NCBI GenBank assembly: GCA_964016885.1 | Contig: OZ024741.1 | Location: 36,890,001-36,954,000 of the forward strand | DNA from: Eledone cirrhosa | Lineage: Eukaryota | DNA: 64,000 nucleotides | Direction of reading: 5' to 3' | Part shown: one piece after another, positions 59,518 through 64,000 of the stretch | Numbering within the stretch: position 1 is the first letter of the stretch | Layout of the letters: every line of letters begins with the position of its first letter | Notes under the pieces: model-generated | Seen by the model: the letters and a program-made list of their open reading frames with translations, nothing else | What the model was told of the DNA's origin: nothing | Database searches by the model: none | Position numbers and translations under genes: made by a program

Positions 59518-59599
59518 GATGGTTTATATATGTTCAGTGACAAAATTGTTGAATTTGTCATGATTTGGTTAAGTAAGTCAATTTGGATGTGTAGTTAAG

Positions 59600-59822
59600 C
59601 ACGGTGGATTGGCAGAATCAGTAAAACATCAGACAACATGTGTTGTGGCATATAGTTATGGCCCTTTACGTTCTGGTTTCAAATTCAGCAGAGGTTAGAT
59701 TTACCTTTCATCTTTATGGAGGTCAATAAAATAAAGTGTCATTAATGGACTGGGGTCGATTTTATCAACTTCCCCCCTAACTGCAAAATTGTTGGCCTTG
59801 TGTCTAAATCAGAAACCATTAA
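59600..59822 (+). mobile_element. tRNA-derived SINE (family of 6641-6859)
   Basis: GGTGGATTGGCAGAATC..AGTTATGGCCCTTTACGTT..TTGGCCTTGTGTCTAAATCAGAAACCATT. Confidence 0.8.
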
Positions 59823-59845
59823 TACAATCTGCGGGGGTAATTCAG

Positions 59846-60200
59846 TTAACTCTTTTGATACCAAAGTGCCCCTGTTTGTTACCAACGAGCATGAAACCAT
59901 CTCTGGTTCTGTGATAAAACTGTCTAATTTAAATCTTCCATCATAATTTTATATAAAATCTTATTTTTATGTTCTAAACATCAACAGAGCTATTTTACTA
60001 AAGACTCCAATTTCTTGGTTATTTTCAACATCACCTGAAATATATTTAATGTATTTCATGAGAAATATGGTAATGAAAGGGATTTTATAATTTTACACAA
60101 GAACCTTCCAAATACCAGCTTAATAGTGACAAAGTAAGTTCTATTACTAGTAATTCCAAATTCCCAATTATTTTCAAAATGACTTGAAAATCAGAGATAG
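59846..60200 (-). mobile_element. MITE family P2 copy (59846-60083) plus an adjacent partial copy
   Basis: TTAACTCTTTTGATACCAA ... GAAATATGGTAATGAAAGGG, followed by further P2 interior. Confidence 0.7.
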
Positions 60201-60309
60201 TGTCTTTTTAACATGGTCTATGAAAAATAAAATGGAGAGTTGCTGATCATGAGATCAAACCAAGGAAACAATGTTTCTATTGGTCTTTCATTGCTGATAG
60301 TCACAACTC

Positions 60310-60420
60310 CTGTGAAATAAAGATTTTGCTCAAGAACACAATCCACTCCTGGACCAGGAATTGAACCTATGACCTTATGATTGTGAATCTACCATCCTAA
60401 CCACTAAGCCACATGCTTCA
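60310..60420 (-). mobile_element. CORE-like tRNA SINE fragment
   Basis: TTGCTCAAGAACACAA..GGAATTGAACC..CCTAACCACTAAGCCAC. Confidence 0.65.
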
Positions 60421-61171
60421 AGGACCTGGCTAACATATATCTAGTGGGTTAAGTCAATTAATCTGGCAGTGTGGTCAAGGAATTCACTTTAACATGATCT
60501 AGAACCTCTCTAATATATATTACATCTAGTGGAATGGAAGAGAAGCTTACTCTCAATTGTTCATTTGAATATTTCTCAGCCAGCGAACTGAATGACAATC
60601 CCAACCACAACAATAACCACAGCAACAACCACAATTACTTTAATTAGCAGCCAATGGAAGACATTCATCTGGTTGGTCAAATTGATAGAATTAACGATTA
60701 AATCTCCCTCAAATTGCAACACACTGTCTTAACAATGGAAGAATATTTTGGATAATGTGGTCTTAGCAACACTATGCCTCAAAAAATGTTGTGAGGAAGT
60801 ATAGGGACCTACCTTTGTGTCTCCACTTGAGTTTGGACTGAATCTCCCTGTGTGGATGTTCACTTGTTTTTCATCTGGCCACAAAATACAGAGCGTCTCA
60901 GATACACAATCATAGTATGTCCACACAGTACGATGTCTTAACCAAAGAGAGTGCGAAAAGCCCACAAATTCTGATGTCATGTCACTGGCCCCTTGCTTCT
61001 GGTAAGACCTCTCTTGCATTTCCGGCACACCAGCCCTACAAAAAAAAAAAAAAAAGACATGATGTTCACAGCTGGAATATCTTTAATCATCAGTCTGTTT
61101 AAGTAAGGCTAATTTATGATATTTGTTTTGACTGAATTAAATATGCCAATCACTCCCTTTAGCATCTATTA

Positions 61172-61389
61172 TTAACCCTTTAGCATTTACATTACTCTAT
61201 ATATACAATTATATTTTCACGGTAAAGTCTTTACCTCACATATAATATCAAATCTATGAGATTTTGATATTATTTATTTTGAGAACAATACTTTAACATC
61301 AATATGAGCAGCTAGTTATAGCCAGTTTGATGAGAAAAAGGTGAGAGAATTCTGGCCAGATACAGCCGGTTTAAATGCTAAAGGGTTAA
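61172..61389 (-). mobile_element. MITE family P1
   Basis: TTAA-CCCTTTAGCATTTA ... TAAATGCTAAAGGG-TTAA, a perfect TIR. Confidence 0.9.
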
Positions 61390-62130
61390 AGCAGTGCCAG
61401 TCAAATCATCAGTTTTTCACATTCATTTTCCCTGCTGACATATCTTCATATGTCTAACCACTGAAGAACAGGATCTCTATTTATGGAAACCCTTCAACTT
61501 TGTGTCATAGGACTAGAACCTGTTCTGGGTGGGTTGTTATCGAAAGAGTTGAATTGAAGTTTAGAGCCTAAAAAAAGCCCATAGATATGTATTGGTATGA
61601 GCTGGTATATATAACATAAGATTATACAAATTCTACTTGCTCCTTAATGGAGGAACATGAGAATGGAGGAGATTGATGATGGGGGATGAAGATGTAGGAC
61701 GAGGAGGAAGTGGAGGATGATGATGAGGAGGGGGAGGAGGTGGTTGGTGGTGACACTAACAGTAAAGAAACTTTGAAATGCTGAGCTGAAAATTGAACCA
61801 GAGATGTCTTTATTATTTGTTAGAAAACTACAGGAATATAGCTACAAAAGACAGTATCAGTAATAGGATCTGTGAAAAGAAATAACAAATGAGGTAGAGA
61901 AATAAAAAAATATTTGAATGATGGAATAAAATTTATATATTTGTAAATTCTCAACAAATGTAATCTAATTTGTATGAAAACCTCTTTAAATAGATGTTAT
62001 ATAATCCTGCCACATTGTATGGTTCCAATTTGGTGGGTTGACCTAGCTCACTTACAGTTATTTTACTCGTGTGAATAATCAGTAAATTGATGAAAATAAC
62101 TTAAGTGTTGTTGCTGTAATGATACTAACA

Positions 62131-62166
62131 ATGATGATGATGATGCTATTATTATTATTATTATTA

Positions 62167-62215
<49 letters not shown>

Positions 62216-62222
62216 CATCATC
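62131..62222. repeat. (ATG)n/(ATT)n microsatellite
   Basis: Directly visible. Confidence 0.95.
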
Positions 62223-62484
62223 GTTTTATGATCATTCTTAACATTATTGTTGTTGCTATTCTAGCAATAATAATAGTTATTATTATTTAAAATTTATTTT
62301 TCTCTATAAAAAATACAAAAGAACATTTTTATTTTTCGGTTGAAAATTTGAATTTGGAAATATAAAACCTTATTTCCAATTGATTGGAAACTAATTCTGA
62401 TGAATCAAAGTGTTGGGTTCATGACAGCTCCGGAACAAAAGATTCTATTGTTTAATTTTTCTAAGAATTTCATTGGTTCAAATC

Positions 62485-62640
62485 AAATAAGCCAATAGAA
62501 ATTCTCCACCCCCCACCTCCACCTCATTGCCTTATGTGTGTCTAGTTTCTTATTTATGGCAATTTAGATGGGGAGAGAACAGTGAAAGAAAAGAAAAGTG
62601 GTTAGGGAATTCAATGGTGAATGAAGCTTTATTAGAGTAT
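62485..62640 (+). repeat. Dispersed direct repeat, second copy at ~63865-64000
   Basis: Shared CCAATAGAAATTC..TGTGTCTA.TTTCTTA.TTA..GCAATTTAGA..GGGAGAGAAC..GGTGAATGAA..TATTAGAGTA. Confidence 0.75.
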
Positions 62641-63069
62641 GGAGAAAAGAATGAGAATTGTATGAAGAAAGAGAATATAAAAAGAAGCTTGGAATATTTT
62701 GGGGATCTAGAGATATTTGTCTCTTGTAAAATGTAAATTAGTGAGACTGAAATGGATAAATATCATAAAATGGGTTTGAGGAATATAAAGAAAAGCATTG
62801 TTAAATAGAGTTCATTTATAACATTTCTAGTCATGAAATTGTGAAGAGTTTTTAAATTAAAAGAAAAAAGGTAAACCTTCCTTGTAGGCGGCTCTGTCCA
62901 CCATTTTACATCTCCAAGGGTAATTTATCAAATTTTCTTGACTATTATCTATATTAATGGACTGTTATTACAGTTATTTTCTACATTTGGGACTCTCACA
63001 TTCTCACATTTAAAATACATAATTGTGTGTGTATGTTGGACTTCCATCGGTTCAAATGATAAATGTTTC

Positions 63070-63352
63070 AATTGTTTGAACAATGTAACAGCCTGCCCAT
63101 GAAATTAATGTGCAAGTGGCTGAGCATTCCACGAGCATATATACCCTTAATGTAGGTCTCAAAGAGATTCAGCGTGACACAGGGAAAGCCCTTTTGAATT
63201 ACAGGTAGAACTCCTTTTTTCTAGCTGAGTGGACTGGAGCAAGGTGAAATAAAGTGTTTTGCTCAAGGACACAATCCACCAACTGGGAATCGAACTCATG
63301 ACTTATTGATTGTGAGCCAAACACCCTAACCACTAAGACATGTGCCTTCACA
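63070..63352 (-). mobile_element. CORE-like tRNA-derived SINE
   Basis: AGCTGAGTGGACTGGAGC..TTGCTCAAGGACACAA..GGGAATCGAACTC..CCCTAACCACTAAG. Confidence 0.75.
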
Positions 63353-63379
63353 GATTACCGTTTACCAAAAGTAATGACT

Positions 63380-63770
63380 TTTTCTGTAGGTCTGGAGGCA
63401 GAAGCAGTGCCCATGGCTTTCAAAGACCTTCCATGACCTAAAGATTGATATTGTTGATGTTCTGTTTAAATTATTGCAGGTTCACTTCTTTTGAGAAAAA
63501 CATGAGCAGAGAGGGACTTCCAGATATCTGATGTTCTAGGTAGGAAGGGCTGGGCATAGCGGCTACTGTGAGACATGAAGGAGTGTGTAGACATAACATG
63601 GATGATGAGAGGAGGAGTGACAAGCGAGTGAGGAGTGCCTGAATGGAATTAGTAATACTTCAGCAAGTTTCAAGGAGCAGGGACCATTATCGTAACAGTT
63701 GAAGACATAGAGGGAGATGGCAACACATCTTTGAGCCAGAGGCTTAAGTGTGTCAGATAGTGATTTATGT
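63380..63770 (-). pseudogene. CR1/Zenon-like LINE C-terminal remnant
   Basis: Manual - strand translation gives LKPLAQRCVAISLYVFNCYDNGPCSLKLA..HP, FLPRTSDIWKSLSAHVF and NLQ*FKQNIN, resembling the LxPLxxRR / FFPRTxxxWNSLP / FKxxVN pattern. It is frameshifted. Confidence 0.7.
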
Positions 63771-64000
63771 CAACCAACCAGTTATATGGTTAAAAAACAA
63801 CAACCCACAATACACCAACCCTTTCACAACAATATGCGTTTCTACAAAGTCAATTTAAATCTTAAATAAACCAATAGAAATTCGCTTCTGCCTCACTTGT
63901 GTCTAATTTCTTACTTACAGCAATTTAGACAGGGAGAGAACTCGGTAAGAAAAGAAAGGTGGGTTTGGGAAATTGGTGGTGAATGAAACTATTAGAGTAG

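Noticed and set aside
61670-61745. Acidic (Asp/Glu) coding exon
   Set aside because: Short GA-rich triplet low-complexity sequence with no supported ORF or splice sites.

Overview
Gene-free, repeat-dominated AT-rich metazoan DNA. The SINE, RTE and MITE repertoire resembles octopus or cephalopod genomes, which is an inference from recalled family features. No intact host gene is supported. About 43 kb (13.1-55.7 kb) is two ACC/GGT-derived satellites in opposite polarity: a 38-bp-unit C/A-rich array and a mostly 24/30-bp-unit G/T-rich array, separated by only ~95 bp of AT-rich spacer. All the long ORFs in the track are artefacts of these arrays. The flanks are a nested pile of decayed elements: TTAA-bounded piggyBac-type MITEs (two families, often nested), a mariner-type MITE and a transposase remnant, tRNA-derived SINEs, and RTE, R4/Dong and CR1-like LINE fragments. 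The most unusual structure is a 3.7-kb non-autonomous Helitron-like composite (858-4554). It appears to have inserted at an A|T site inside a MITE. It contains five 5'-TC termini, two palindromes with CTAG at both ends that form CTAG|TC head-to-tail junctions, a 480-bp near-perfect palindrome, a hairpin-unit minisatellite and an unidentified cargo with divergent ORF starts. All coordinates were read by eye and family names are not database-verified.
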